Virus record (IMG/VR): IMGVR_UViG_3300025687_004282
Coordinates: 1 to 35,639 of that record
Length of the DNA stretch: 35,639 nucleotides
Reading direction: 5' to 3' (one strand)
DNA from: a virus
Taxonomy: Duplodnaviria; Caudoviricetes
Shown here: piece after piece, positions 1 to 9,303 of the stretch
Layout of the letters: each line of letters starts with the position of its first letter
Position numbering within the stretch: the first letter of the stretch is position 1
Made by a program: the position numbers and the translations under genes
The notes under the pieces: generated by a model
The model's database searches: none
Seen by the model: the letters and a program-made list of their open reading frames with translations, nothing else
What the model was told of the DNA's origin: nothing

Positions 1-1
1 T

Positions 2-1000
2 CGAAATCGCGCTCATGTCAGAACGCTCGCTCACACTGAACGCAGTATCATAACTCTGGATCACATACTCGCAAGCAGGAGGATCATCCTTCTCCCAACG
101 CTTCCACCACTCACGCTTGATAATCGCGCCCTCTTCCGAGGTCGGATTCTGCATGTACTGGGCATTCCACTTCGCCAAAGGAATCGTCGCCTTGACAGAC
201 TCCAACTCCTCCAGCTTCCAGTACTCAGGCCACAAAGGCTTGCCACTCGGCAAGATCGCAGGGAACTCAACAACCTCCCACTTGTCAGCCCCACGCTCCG
301 CCTGCTTCTGCAACACACGCGACACCAAGTCCTTGATAGACCAGCGCGTCATCACAATGATAATCGCCCCGCCCGGCTGCAAACGCTGCCGAGGACCAGA
401 CGTGTACCACTCGTAAACCTTCTCTAACTCGCTCGGGCTCAACGCCATCTGTTCAGAAATCGGGTCATCAATAATCGCCAAGTCAGCACCGCGACCAGCC
501 AACGCGCCCCCAACACCGACCGCATAATACTCGCCTCTCTTATTAGTGCTCCAACGCCCACTCGCCTTAGCATCCGACGCCAACTTGACACCCGGAAATA
601 CCTCCCGAAACTCGTCGCTCTCAATCAAGCCCTTGACCTTGCGACCAAAGCCAACAGCCAACTCCGCAGTGTGCGTCGCCTGAATGATCTTCTTCGTCGG
701 GTCACGACCCATCAACCACGCAGGAAACAAGAAACTCGCAAACTCAGACTTCGTATGCCGAGGAGGCATGCACACAATCAGTCGCTTCAGCTTCCCCTCA
801 GCAACCTCCTGCAACTTCTTCGCGTAAACACGGTGATGCTCGCCCTCAATAAAACCGGGCCAAACATGCTTCACGAAAGTCATGAAGTCCTTCTGATTGA
901 CCTCCTGACTCTCAAGAGCCTGCAAACGCTCAAGCATAGGAGCTACAGACTGTAGCTCCTCCGCACTCAGAAGTTTGCTTAAGTCACTAAGCTCATTCAT
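2..1000 (-). CDS. terL: Terminase large subunit, N-terminal part (runs off window)
   Basis: Not in the ORF track; translated by hand from ATG at 1000 (ATGA overlap with the upstream stop): MNELSDLSK...RLIVCMPPRHTKSEF (Walker A)...GRGADLAIIDDP (Walker B)...VMTRW...WNAQYMQNP...IQSYDTAF (start of nuclease domain). Open to the window edge. Confidence 0.95.
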   Translation of the reverse strand, partial: MNELSDLSKLLSAEELQSVAPMLERLQALESQEVNQKDFMTFVKHVWPGFIEGEHHRVYAKKLQEVAEGKLKRLIVCMPPRHTKSEFASFLFPAWLMGRDPTKKIIQATHTAELAVGFGRKVKGLIESDEFREVFPGVKLASDAKASGRWSTNKRGEYYAVGVGGALAGRGADLAIIDDPISEQMALSPSELEKVYEWYTSGPRQRLQPGGAIIIVMTRWSIKDLVSRVLQKQAERGADKWEVVEFPAILPSGKPLWPEYWKLEELESVKATIPLAKWNAQYMQNPTSEEGAIIKREWWKRWEKDDPPACEYVIQSYDTAFSVSERSDMSAIS

Positions 1001-2886
1001 CTCATCAAGCTGGACAGCACACTGTCAACAGCACGGCTCAAGCTGTCCCCAGACATCCCACCCTGCAACTGAGACATCCGCTCAGCACTGGTCATCGTCG
1101 GACGCGGACGCATCGGAGGGACCTCAACAGGCGCACGGCGCGCAGGCGTCAATGCCTCTACAGCACGCGCGACATCAGCCTGTCGTACCCCCCCTTTTTG
1201 CGCAAGATTCGCAGGACGCGGAGGAGGTGCCGTAACAGGCCCACGGCCCTTGAGAATGAAGTCAACATAGTCCCGCGTCTCCTGAATGTCAGGAACCCCA
1301 CCAGCCTTCCTCACGCGACCAACGCCAGCATTATACGCCGCAACAGCCTTCTTCTCATCACCGCCAAACTCGCGGATCAAAGCACTCAGATACTCCGCAC
1401 CAAACCGCAAACTCTCATTCGGGTCCATCGGATCGGCCAAAGGCGTAACCCCAAAACCAGGATCTCGCGCAGTCGCAGGCATCACCTGTGCCAAGCCCAT
1501 CGCACCCTTCGGGCTCCGAGCCATCGGGTCAAAGTTGCTCTCGCGCAAAATCAACCGCTCGAACATGTCAGGCCTGATCCCATACTGCTCAGCCGCAGCG
1601 CGAGCAGCCGCACGATAGTCAACCGCGCCACCCTCCTGCATCTGCCTCGGACGCTGCTGCAAGCCAAAGAAGTTCACACTTGGCAACACATTCCCAGTCG
1701 AACCAACAGGCACAAACGTAGTGCCACCACCGGGAGTTACCGTGATCCGGTCAAGGATCTCCTGCAACGTCTCACCAGAAGAAAGAGTCGTGTCAGGCTT
1801 CTCTTCCTCTTTCTTCTCCTCCTCATCAAGCTCAACAGCAACAGGAACACAAAGGTTCGTCACAGGATCGCGCTCATAACCCTCAGCACAAGCCTCGAAC
1901 ACATCCTCACCATCATCCCCGCGCGCAGCAGCCTCAGCCTCATTACGAGCCATAGTCTCAGCGGTCCGACGCCGATAATCAGCCAGAGCATCAGCGCCGT
2001 ACTTCTCGATAAACGCCTCCTCACCCTGCGTCATCAAGAGCCAGCCCATCGCAATATCGTCAGCAATCCCGCTAAAAAACCGACCAAGGCCGTCAAAAAA
2101 ACCGCCCTGCTCAGGCTGCGTAGTAGGAGCAACAGACGTTTGACCACCCGTTTGAACAGCAGGAGGCATGTAGCCGTAAACGTCACCATACTCAGGACGA
2201 GATAGGCCAGCAGTCGGGACATTCCCCATCAGAGACGTAATGTCAGGACGACTCATCACAGGACTGACATAGGCAGGAGAAACATCCCCATACTCAGGAC
2301 GAGATAGACCAGCAGTCGGGATGTTGCCCATCAAAGAGCTAATGTCAGGACGACTAACAACAGGACTGACATACGGCGCAGCAGGCAAACTACCACCCGC
2401 AAAGCCGCCGTCAGGACGGCCCATCACAGCAGACCCAGTAGCGCCTTGAATCGCAGACCTGATCGCAGCCTCATTCGGCACAACACCACTCGGAGTCACA
2501 CGACCCAAAGCCGCATTCGCCAACTGCTCAGCAACGTACGAACGCTCTATCTCACGCGCCAGATTCGGCGTGTCGTCGTCACGGTCTTCACGCCAACTCG
2601 ATCCGCCAGAAACCTCACGCGTTACCTGCGCAGGCTCCCGCGCAGGCGTAGCAGCCGTGGTCGTCCGCGTAGACGTATAGGCCGCAGGCTCTCGTGTCGT
2701 CTGCGCCGCAGTGCTCGTAGAACGCGTCGCAGCAGAACCAGCAACAGGACCAGCCGCAGCCATCGTGCCCCAGCCGCTTAACCCGCCAGTCTGCATATAC
2801 TGAACCGGAACCATCCCCCCGCCACGCATATACTGAACCGGAACACGCCCGTAAAACATCGACCCCAAGCCACGGTTCATCATCAC
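997..2886 (-). CDS. Putative virion-associated protein with C-terminal soluble lytic transglycosylase (SLT/GH23) domain
   Basis: RESNFDPMARSPKGAMGLAQVMPATA...GAEYL...AVAAYNAGVGRV...ETRDYV are SLT motifs; low-complexity N-terminus; coupled to terL. Confidence 0.85.
   Translation of the reverse strand: MMMNRGLGSMFYGRVPVQYMRGGGMVPVQYMQTGGLSGWGTMAAAGPVAGSAATRSTSTAAQTTREPAAYTSTRTTTAATPAREPAQVTREVSGGSSWREDRDDDTPNLAREIERSYVAEQLANAALGRVTPSGVVPNEAAIRSAIQGATGSAVMGRPDGGFAGGSLPAAPYVSPVVSRPDISSLMGNIPTAGLSRPEYGDVSPAYVSPVMSRPDITSLMGNVPTAGLSRPEYGDVYGYMPPAVQTGGQTSVAPTTQPEQGGFFDGLGRFFSGIADDIAMGWLLMTQGEEAFIEKYGADALADYRRRTAETMARNEAEAAARGDDGEDVFEACAEGYERDPVTNLCVPVAVELDEEEKKEEEKPDTTLSSGETLQEILDRITVTPGGGTTFVPVGSTGNVLPSVNFFGLQQRPRQMQEGGAVDYRAAARAAAEQYGIRPDMFERLILRESNFDPMARSPKGAMGLAQVMPATARDPGFGVTPLADPMDPNESLRFGAEYLSALIREFGGDEKKAVAAYNAGVGRVRKAGGVPDIQETRDYVDFILKGRGPVTAPPPRPANLAQKGGVRQADVARAVEALTPARRAPVEVPPMRPRPTMTSAERMSQLQGGMSGDSLSRAVDSVLSSLMR
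2180..2374. repeat. Intragenic tandem duplication, 102-bp (34-aa) unit, 2 copies
   Basis: CCATACTCAGGACGAGATAG at 2186 and 2288; protein YVSPV[V/M]SRPDI[S/T]SLMGN[I/V]PTAGLSRPEYGDV twice. Confidence 0.9.
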
Positions 2887-5102
2887 GAAGTACCCCCCGG
2901 GCGATACAGGCCAGCACCAGCAACAGGATTGGCCAACCAGTCAAAAACATTCACACTCTCAGGACGAGCAGGCAAGTCTATCGAGCCAATCCCACTCGTA
3001 ATCCGTGCCTGCGGCGAACCATAGTACGTCACAGGACGAGTCCCAAACGCATCACTCGCGCCACGCGTAAACGTCGGAATCGTCCCCATCGTAGGCTGAT
3101 ACGACGCACCCTCAGGCATCCCATACGACGAAGGCTCCAACACACCAGTATACCTCGGACCAGCATACGCAGCCTGCAAGTCACTCAACTGCTGACGCAA
3201 CACATCCAACTCACCCTCATAAAAACCCCTCTGCTGATCCAAAATCCCACGGTCAGCATAAATGTTCGTAGCCTCATAAGGGTTAACACCACCAGCAGGA
3301 GCACCGCTAACCACACCAGCAGGCATCCCAGCGCCAGCAATAGGCTGGCCACTCAGCGAACCAGCATACGCGCGATACGCATCAATATTCCGCGCAATGT
3401 TCGGGTCAGACTCCTGTAACGCAGCATTATAAGCAAGCTGACGCTCGTTAAACATGTTCATCAAACGCGCAGACTCACTCTCAGGATCAACACTCGCAGC
3501 ACTCAACTCAACCATCGCACGGCTAAAATCGCCCGCACTCTGCATCCCACCCAACGCACCAGAAGCCTGCATCACATCAACCATGCCCTTCTGTGCACTC
3601 ACCATGCTACCATCCGCAAAGCGAACAGTAACCATGTCACTCCCCAACTGCTCATTACTAAACGGCTGGCCAGCACCAGCATAAGAAACGTCAGAAACAG
3701 TCACCCCATTAGTCTTCAAATACTGGTTCTGATCCGCAATCGAACGAACATCCTCAAGGCCCAAAGAACCACTCGTCCGCTCGCCAGACAACAAACCCTG
3801 ACGTAAACCCTCAACCTCCAAAACCGTCCCGGGACGCGAATACGTCCCATCCGCATAACGCATCACAAACATCCCGGGAACAATGTCCCCAGCACTGTCA
3901 CGAAGAGCATTCATTCCAACAGGGCCACCCTCCGGCTCACCCCGCGTCGTCCCAGAAGAAGGAGCAACATACGTCCCAGCAGGAGCAGCCTCATAAGCAC
4001 TAATCAAAGACTCATAGCCGGGAAGAATCTTGCCAGTTTGCTGATAAGACTTAATCGCAACGTCGCCAATGCCGCCGCCGCTAACAATTTCATCAAAAGT
4101 CTTCCTGAAAGCAGCAGCAGGATCACCACCCTTCTGGTCAGGAGGATCAGTCAGCAAACTCTCATAGCCAGACCGAAGCAAACTACCAGCATCATACGGC
4201 TGATAACCAACACCCTGAAAACGCCCCGCTCGCTCACCAGTAATCCCAGCAGCCGCTACCGCAGCGTCAATCTGATCCTGCGTAACACCAAAAGACGCAG
4301 CATTCTGAGGCGTCAAACCAGTCAACGGCAAACCAGCAGCGTCAACAACCATCAACTGGTTGTCATACATCTGAATACGAGGAGCGCCGGGACCACCAGC
4401 AACGTCCCTCACATCATAATCACGCGCAACAGCAGTAGGCGTGTAAGCCTTAGTCTCAGGATCGTAAAACCTCGGGTCCGTCGCAATCGGAGCGCCAGTC
4501 GAATACATCTGACGTGTCGCCTCCTGCGTAGCCTTCAAAGGATCGCCAGAAGACATGATCGCATCCCAGTCGCGAATGTCCACATTCGACCCAACAGACC
4601 CATACAACGCCTGAGATGCCGTAGCAGCGTCAACACCCGTCGCCTCCATGAACTCACGCATGTTCGGCTTCGCAACACCGCCACCCTGCATATACTGAAC
4701 CGCACCACCCCCACGCATCATCGCTACCGGCCTCGGTATCGACGCATCCATCATCCCACCCGGAATCCCACTCGCAAAAACATCAGCAGGCATCGCTCCC
4801 GGAACAGGACCACTCGCAACAGCCCCAACCGCAGCGCCAAAACCAGCACGCTGCGCAGCCGTACTCGGCGCAGGCAACGTCCCCAAACTCGCAGGACGAC
4901 CACCCTGAGGCGGAGGACCACCCATCGGACCACCCATCGGCATCGGCATCGGAGGAGGCATCCCACCCATCGGCATCGGTGGCATCCCCGGCATGCCGCC
5001 CATCGGGGGCATGCCCGGAGGAGGACCCATCGGAGCGCCCATAATCCCCGGCATCTGAGGCATCATCCCCGGCATCGGTTGCGGTCCAGTCCTCACAGCC
5101 AT
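2883..5102 (-). CDS. Large Pro/Met/Gly-rich hypothetical protein, possibly virion-associated
   Basis: Long ORF coupled to the SLT gene; likely start MAVRTGPQ at 5102; contains MMRGGGAV/YMQGGGV motifs. Confidence 0.75.
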   Translation of the reverse strand: MAVRTGPQPMPGMMPQMPGIMGAPMGPPPGMPPMGGMPGMPPMPMGGMPPPMPMPMGGPMGGPPPQGGRPASLGTLPAPSTAAQRAGFGAAVGAVASGPVPGAMPADVFASGIPGGMMDASIPRPVAMMRGGGAVQYMQGGGVAKPNMREFMEATGVDAATASQALYGSVGSNVDIRDWDAIMSSGDPLKATQEATRQMYSTGAPIATDPRFYDPETKAYTPTAVARDYDVRDVAGGPGAPRIQMYDNQLMVVDAAGLPLTGLTPQNAASFGVTQDQIDAAVAAAGITGERAGRFQGVGYQPYDAGSLLRSGYESLLTDPPDQKGGDPAAAFRKTFDEIVSGGGIGDVAIKSYQQTGKILPGYESLISAYEAAPAGTYVAPSSGTTRGEPEGGPVGMNALRDSAGDIVPGMFVMRYADGTYSRPGTVLEVEGLRQGLLSGERTSGSLGLEDVRSIADQNQYLKTNGVTVSDVSYAGAGQPFSNEQLGSDMVTVRFADGSMVSAQKGMVDVMQASGALGGMQSAGDFSRAMVELSAASVDPESESARLMNMFNERQLAYNAALQESDPNIARNIDAYRAYAGSLSGQPIAGAGMPAGVVSGAPAGGVNPYEATNIYADRGILDQQRGFYEGELDVLRQQLSDLQAAYAGPRYTGVLEPSSYGMPEGASYQPTMGTIPTFTRGASDAFGTRPVTYYGSPQARITSGIGSIDLPARPESVNVFDWLANPVAGAGLYRPGGTS

Positions 5103-5155
5103 CTCAACACCCCACACAAAGGCCAGCCAGCCAACAACAACCTAACACACACACC

Positions 5156-5395
5156 TCACGCTGACAACTTCTCCAACAAACCGAACTCAATCATGCTCAA
5201 TGCCAACATCTCATTGCTCCCAAAGTAGTAAACCCCACCATTCCACTCGCACATCTCCATCGCTACACGCCTCCGAAACGCCTCCTCCGAAGTCCCCGGA
5301 GCCAAGTGCCTAGCCCTCAAATGCCCAACAATCTCTCCAAACTCACCCAACTCAACCTCAAAAGGTTGACCATACCTCACCACATACCGCGCCAT
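5156..5395 (-). CDS. Hypothetical protein (79 aa)
   Basis: GGAGG RBS and a TTGCCC-N17-TAAAAC promoter-like element upstream. Confidence 0.7.
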   Translation of the reverse strand: MARYVVRYGQPFEVELGEFGEIVGHLRARHLAPGTSEEAFRRRVAMEMCEWNGGVYYFGSNEMLALSMIEFGLLEKLSA

Positions 5396-5461
5396 CAGAC
5401 TTGTCCTCCATATGCTACAAGTATGGGGGTTTTAGCATACTGTGGGTAGAAGGGCAACGGG

Positions 5462-7633
5462 TCAGTCGGGGCGGGACTGAGGACCAGACAACAAGCCTTC
5501 CAACTCGCCCTGCGACAGGTTGTTTGCAAGCGCCTGCTCGACATCCGCTGCGGTGACGCCAAGAAGGGCAGCAGCGCCGCCTATGCCATACATGCGGACG
5601 ATGCTGATGAGGCGGTCGTCGAAGACGACATAGTTGCGGGAGCCGTCGCCAGCGCCGCGCGAACCTGCGTCAAGATAGCGGATACCGGGGATTCCAGACC
5701 GAGCCGCGTCTTTTACGTTTGTGGCCGAATGCACCGGGTCTTGGAATAGTCTGAAGCCAAGGTCTTGCCCTGTCATTCCTGTCCAATCCGAAAGACGGCG
5801 CGCCTCGCTATCCAACTGCCGAAGCCGCTCAAATTCCGGTGTCGGGCTGTCAAAGAAACGCGACAGGTCGCCGTCTGGCGCAATCCGCGCCAACCCGGCG
5901 CGGACCTCATCCTTCATCGCGGCGATTTCTTCGGGGGCTGCATATCCAAGTGCGCGCGCCACCTGAGGCTGCTCACTCAGCGGCTTGTCCCAATCAAGGA
6001 AGTCCTCGGGATCGGCGTCAATGCGGACTTCATACATGCGGCCAAGTTTGTCAATAGCATCCTTCAATGCTGGGCTGGGATCGTAATCATCAAGCGACCC
6101 ACGAGTCGCTGCTGTAATAGCCTGCGAAGGGTAATCAAAGCCAAGCCAGTCGTTATTCTTTAACTCCTTTAAAAATTGCGTTTGATCTGGCGTAAAATAA
6201 TTTTGCTCTATAAGGTCATCAACTTCTTCAAAATCAGCATCGGCTGGCAATTCTTCAAGAAATTTGTTTTTAATGTTTCCATAAGAAAGACGCTCCCGAT
6301 ACCCGCGCGCCACATCTTCCGCCTCAGCAAAATACAGCCCGCGCCCGTAAGCCTGCGCGCCCTCTCCGGTGCCAATCTTCGACATATCGAACCGCTCGAA
6401 CGTGTGCGGCGAGCCGTGATAAGCGCGGACGCCTTCACGAGCAGGAATGCTAGAAACAGTCTCTCCAGAAGACCCCAAGCCACGCCTAAACTCATCACCA
6501 CCGCTAACCATCCGCGATGTTACGTCAGGCAACATGGAGTTAAAGTCGGCGCTATACCTCTGCTTCGAGCCCTCAAGGCGATACGCAGACATAACATCAG
6601 GCAACGCATCCCTCACCAAATACTCAGCGTCGCCCAAAGCCTCATCGCCAAGGTCACGGCGCGCAACCTCGTCTCTCAACGCAGAGCCAAAGCGGCCAAA
6701 CGAAGACGCAATCTCAGAGGGCTCATGCCCATACTTCTTCAGAGTAAGCCTATCAACATTGCTCATGTTCGAGAAATACTCACCCAACTCAGACGACAGC
6801 GAACGCAACTCGTCATCACCCAACTCGCCAAGCTCGCGAATGTACGCATCAGGATCACTAATCATCAAGTCAACAAACTCGTCCCGCGTACGATCATAGT
6901 CCCTTCTCAAGTTAAAAACGCGAGAACTTGGCTCAAAAATACTCTGCCGGATCCGTTCAATTTCAGCACGGCGCTCACCAATCATCCTCGCAACCTCATC
7001 CTCACCAAGACGCCGTCCAAAAGCGTCAATGTCGTCAAAATAACCACGCTCCAAATCAGAAATCTCACGCTCCAAGCTGTGAGACCGAGCACCCGGATCA
7101 AGTGCCCTCATCTCCTCATAAATGCCCTCTATCCCAGAACGAAGGTCATTAATCCGAGACAGACCAGCGCCAAGCCTCCCACCACCCCTAGCACCAGCAC
7201 GACCCAAGCCCTCCAACATCTCGTCAACAGGCAACGCAGGCGTCGCAGCAGCCGCACCTAACCCAGCCAAAAACTCACGGCGAGACATGTCCATCGGACT
7301 ACGCGAAACCTCAGGCGCACCCGTAGGCGACAAAACCTCCATCAAAACCCTCGCCGCATCCTCACCATACGGCGCAACAGCAGAAACAGCAGGACGAGCA
7401 AGCCTCGAAGCAACAGCACTCGCAACACCCGGGGCAACAAAGCCAGCAGCATTAGTCACGCCACCAACAACATCACCCTCACGCACATCCTTCAAATACT
7501 CCCTGTACGCAGAAACAGGGTTCAACATGTCAGCGCCAGCCAACAATGCACCCAAGCCCTGACGCAACTCAGGAGGGATGTACCGATCCACACGGCGACC
7601 AAACAACGGGTTGCGATATGTTTCTTCGGCCAT
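5462..7633 (-). CDS. Large protein with C-terminal ADP-ribosyltransferase-like (ART-PolyVal-type) domain
   Basis: Likely start MAEETYRN at 7633; RAYHGSPHTFERFDMSKIGTGEGAQAYGRGLYFAE...GIPGIRYLD...NYVVFDD resembles the ART-like domain of phage polyvalent proteins. Confidence 0.75.
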   Translation of the reverse strand: MAEETYRNPLFGRRVDRYIPPELRQGLGALLAGADMLNPVSAYREYLKDVREGDVVGGVTNAAGFVAPGVASAVASRLARPAVSAVAPYGEDAARVLMEVLSPTGAPEVSRSPMDMSRREFLAGLGAAAATPALPVDEMLEGLGRAGARGGGRLGAGLSRINDLRSGIEGIYEEMRALDPGARSHSLEREISDLERGYFDDIDAFGRRLGEDEVARMIGERRAEIERIRQSIFEPSSRVFNLRRDYDRTRDEFVDLMISDPDAYIRELGELGDDELRSLSSELGEYFSNMSNVDRLTLKKYGHEPSEIASSFGRFGSALRDEVARRDLGDEALGDAEYLVRDALPDVMSAYRLEGSKQRYSADFNSMLPDVTSRMVSGGDEFRRGLGSSGETVSSIPAREGVRAYHGSPHTFERFDMSKIGTGEGAQAYGRGLYFAEAEDVARGYRERLSYGNIKNKFLEELPADADFEEVDDLIEQNYFTPDQTQFLKELKNNDWLGFDYPSQAITAATRGSLDDYDPSPALKDAIDKLGRMYEVRIDADPEDFLDWDKPLSEQPQVARALGYAAPEEIAAMKDEVRAGLARIAPDGDLSRFFDSPTPEFERLRQLDSEARRLSDWTGMTGQDLGFRLFQDPVHSATNVKDAARSGIPGIRYLDAGSRGAGDGSRNYVVFDDRLISIVRMYGIGGAAALLGVTAADVEQALANNLSQGELEGLLSGPQSRPD

Positions 7634-7649
7634 GTCGATACATCCGCCA

Positions 7650-7862
7650 AGGGACCCAAAACGCACAGTAACACAAGGGACCCAGAGACGCAAAGGGACC
7701 CGTAGGGACCCGGAACACCATAGGGACCCGGAGACTCAAAGGGACCCGGGCGTTCGAGGGGGACAAGGTGTAGAGAGAGCGTGCCCGCTTTCCCAGAAAA
7801 GGGGGGGTGCCCGGCCCGTTCAAGCCCGATTTGCCCCGACCCGACCCGACGCCAAGGGACCC
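7650..7862. repeat. Seven copies of AGGGACCC in a non-coding region (candidate pac site or genome-end region)
   Basis: AGGGACCC starts at 7650, 7676, 7694, 7704, 7722, 7740 and 7855; G-run at 7801-7807. Confidence 0.8.
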
Positions 7863-7887
7863 GGCCCGACCCGGCGGGCAGGGTGAA

Positions 7888-7919
7888 GCCCGGGCGGGCA
7901 ATTGTTCGCCTGCCCGGGC
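7888..7919. other. GC-rich inverted repeat just downstream of the amidoligase gene
   Basis: GCCCGGGCGGGC-AATTGTTC-GCCTGCCCGGGC; no U-tract. Confidence 0.6.
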
Positions 7920-7929
7920 AGGGCCGGCG

Positions 7930-9030
7930 CTATGCGCGCCGGCGGGGGGCAAGTGCTTCGATCCGGTTTTGCCACCACTCGAATGTGTCATCGTCCAGCC
8001 CGGCCCAAATGCTGGTCATCACTCCGTCGCGGATGGCTGCCGCTCCGGTCTGGGTCGTGGTCCAGCGTTCGCGGATTTCGTAGCGGGCAAGGTCGTCGCC
8101 GTCTCCGTAGGCGTGGCCGTTCGCCTGCTGCGTGTGGGTGATGATGGCGTCGTCGCCATGCTGGGTGCGCATCTCGCTGATGCGGGCGCGGATGTTCACG
8201 GCGGTCGTGCCGGTGATGGTCATCAACTCGCGGACGGTCGCGCCGCCCGGGGTGTTGCGGCAAGCGCGCCAAATCACGTCAATGCGGCTGCCTGCGCGAT
8301 AGGGCCGTTCGGGCGTGACGTGCTCGGTGGTGACGGTCGCGCTGTGGTCCAGCCGCTCGGTCGTGGTCCAGCGGATCAGGTTCAAGAGGAAGAGAACCCA
8401 TGCTTCGACCTTCTCGAACTCGGTGGTGCCTGCTGCCTGCCTGAACTCAATGGTGCCTCTGCTCCACGTCGCAAGGTTGATAGTGCTGAACTTGCCATTG
8501 GTGGCGGCGGACAGTTCGGCGATAGTGCTTGCGGCGGTGATGCGCGCAAGGCGGTTGGTGAGGGGCTGGCAATAGCGGTTGTTGGTGCGGCTCGGCGGGT
8601 GCATGACGTCTATCAAGGGCTGCGCGGCGGTGTAGCGTTGGACTATGTCGCGGACGGCGACGGCGCCCAGCGGCTCGCCAAACAAGGCCGGGACGGGCTG
8701 GCGATTGTGCGCTGCCTCTATGCTGTGGCGGCTGAATGACGCGGGCGTGATGCCATCTGCTAGGGGCGCGTTGCTGATGTGGACATGGAAGCCGCATGCT
8801 CCGTTCACGTCTGCGCCTATGCTCGAAAGGGCGTCCATGACGCTGCGGATATAGCGCCATGCGAAGGGGCAGGGGGCAAGCGGGGGGAAGTTGATTTCGG
8901 CGGTAACGGTGGGCGTCGCGTCGGCTTTCACGGTCATGCCCTCTATTGATGCCTGCGCGAAGGCTGCCTCTATCAGGCGCGGGGTGACGTTGCTGAACTC
9001 AAGTTCTATGCCGAAAGCGTGGTGGGCCAT
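7930..9030 (-). CDS. Putative amidoligase (COOH-NH2 ligase, Amidoligase_2-like) with C-terminal winged HTH
   Basis: Start MAHHAFGIELEF with AGGAG RBS; motifs FGIELEF, CGFHVHI, KFSTINL, TIEFRQ; C-terminal RIDVIWRACR...ATVRELMTITGTTAVNIRARISEMR is HTH-like. Confidence 0.8.
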   Translation of the reverse strand: MAHHAFGIELEFSNVTPRLIEAAFAQASIEGMTVKADATPTVTAEINFPPLAPCPFAWRYIRSVMDALSSIGADVNGACGFHVHISNAPLADGITPASFSRHSIEAAHNRQPVPALFGEPLGAVAVRDIVQRYTAAQPLIDVMHPPSRTNNRYCQPLTNRLARITAASTIAELSAATNGKFSTINLATWSRGTIEFRQAAGTTEFEKVEAWVLFLLNLIRWTTTERLDHSATVTTEHVTPERPYRAGSRIDVIWRACRNTPGGATVRELMTITGTTAVNIRARISEMRTQHGDDAIITHTQQANGHAYGDGDDLARYEIRERWTTTQTGAAAIRDGVMTSIWAGLDDDTFEWWQNRIEALAPRRRA

Positions 9031-9153
9031 GGTCTGTGCTCCTGTTGCTAGCGGCGGGCTGCCTGCCTGCCGTATGATTTTCCTAGCATGTGCTCGGCAT
9101 GTGCTCAAGCGTAATCTTTCCTTTGTTTTCAATGGGTTAGCGTCGGCCAGAGG

Positions 9154-9187
9154 CGAACAATTGTTCGGGTTCGTTCCTGATTCGTTC
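9154..9187. promoter_or_regulatory. Palindrome CGAACAATTGTTCG plus a GTTC-N7-GTTC (alphaproteobacterial LexA-box-like) site
   Basis: Perfect 14-bp palindrome at 9154-9167; GTTC-CTGATTC-GTTC at 9173-9187; upstream of the amidoligase gene. Confidence 0.5.
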
Positions 9188-9252
9188 GGGTCGAACGTCG
9201 GACAAGGGTCGGACATGGGGCTGGCGAGATCGAGATCGGACGAACGTCGGAC

Positions 9253-9281
9253 AAAAGAAAAGGGGCGGATTGCTCCGCCCC
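9253..9281 (-). terminator. Rho-independent terminator after the GGCT gene
   Basis: Minus strand GGGGCGGA-GCAA-TCCGCCCC-TTTTCTTTT. Confidence 0.85.
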
Positions 9282-9303
9282 GATCCCCGATCCCCGATCC
9301 CGA

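Noticed and set aside
1198-7261. Long plus-strand ORFs (1198-2205, 4038-5228, 6176-7261)
   Set aside because: Antisense shadows of supported minus-strand genes; the C/A-rich skew depletes stop codons; no recognisable motifs.
7650-7862. AGGGACCC array as a CRISPR array
   Set aside because: Repeat is only 8 bp with irregular, mostly very short spacing.
9031-9216. N-terminal extension of the amidoligase in the ORF track (similarly 5103-5117, 7634-7693, 15198-15212, 26445-26480, 27273-27419)
   Set aside because: Downstream ATGs fit better by RBS, coupling or domain start; the extensions run over regulatory DNA or neighbouring genes.
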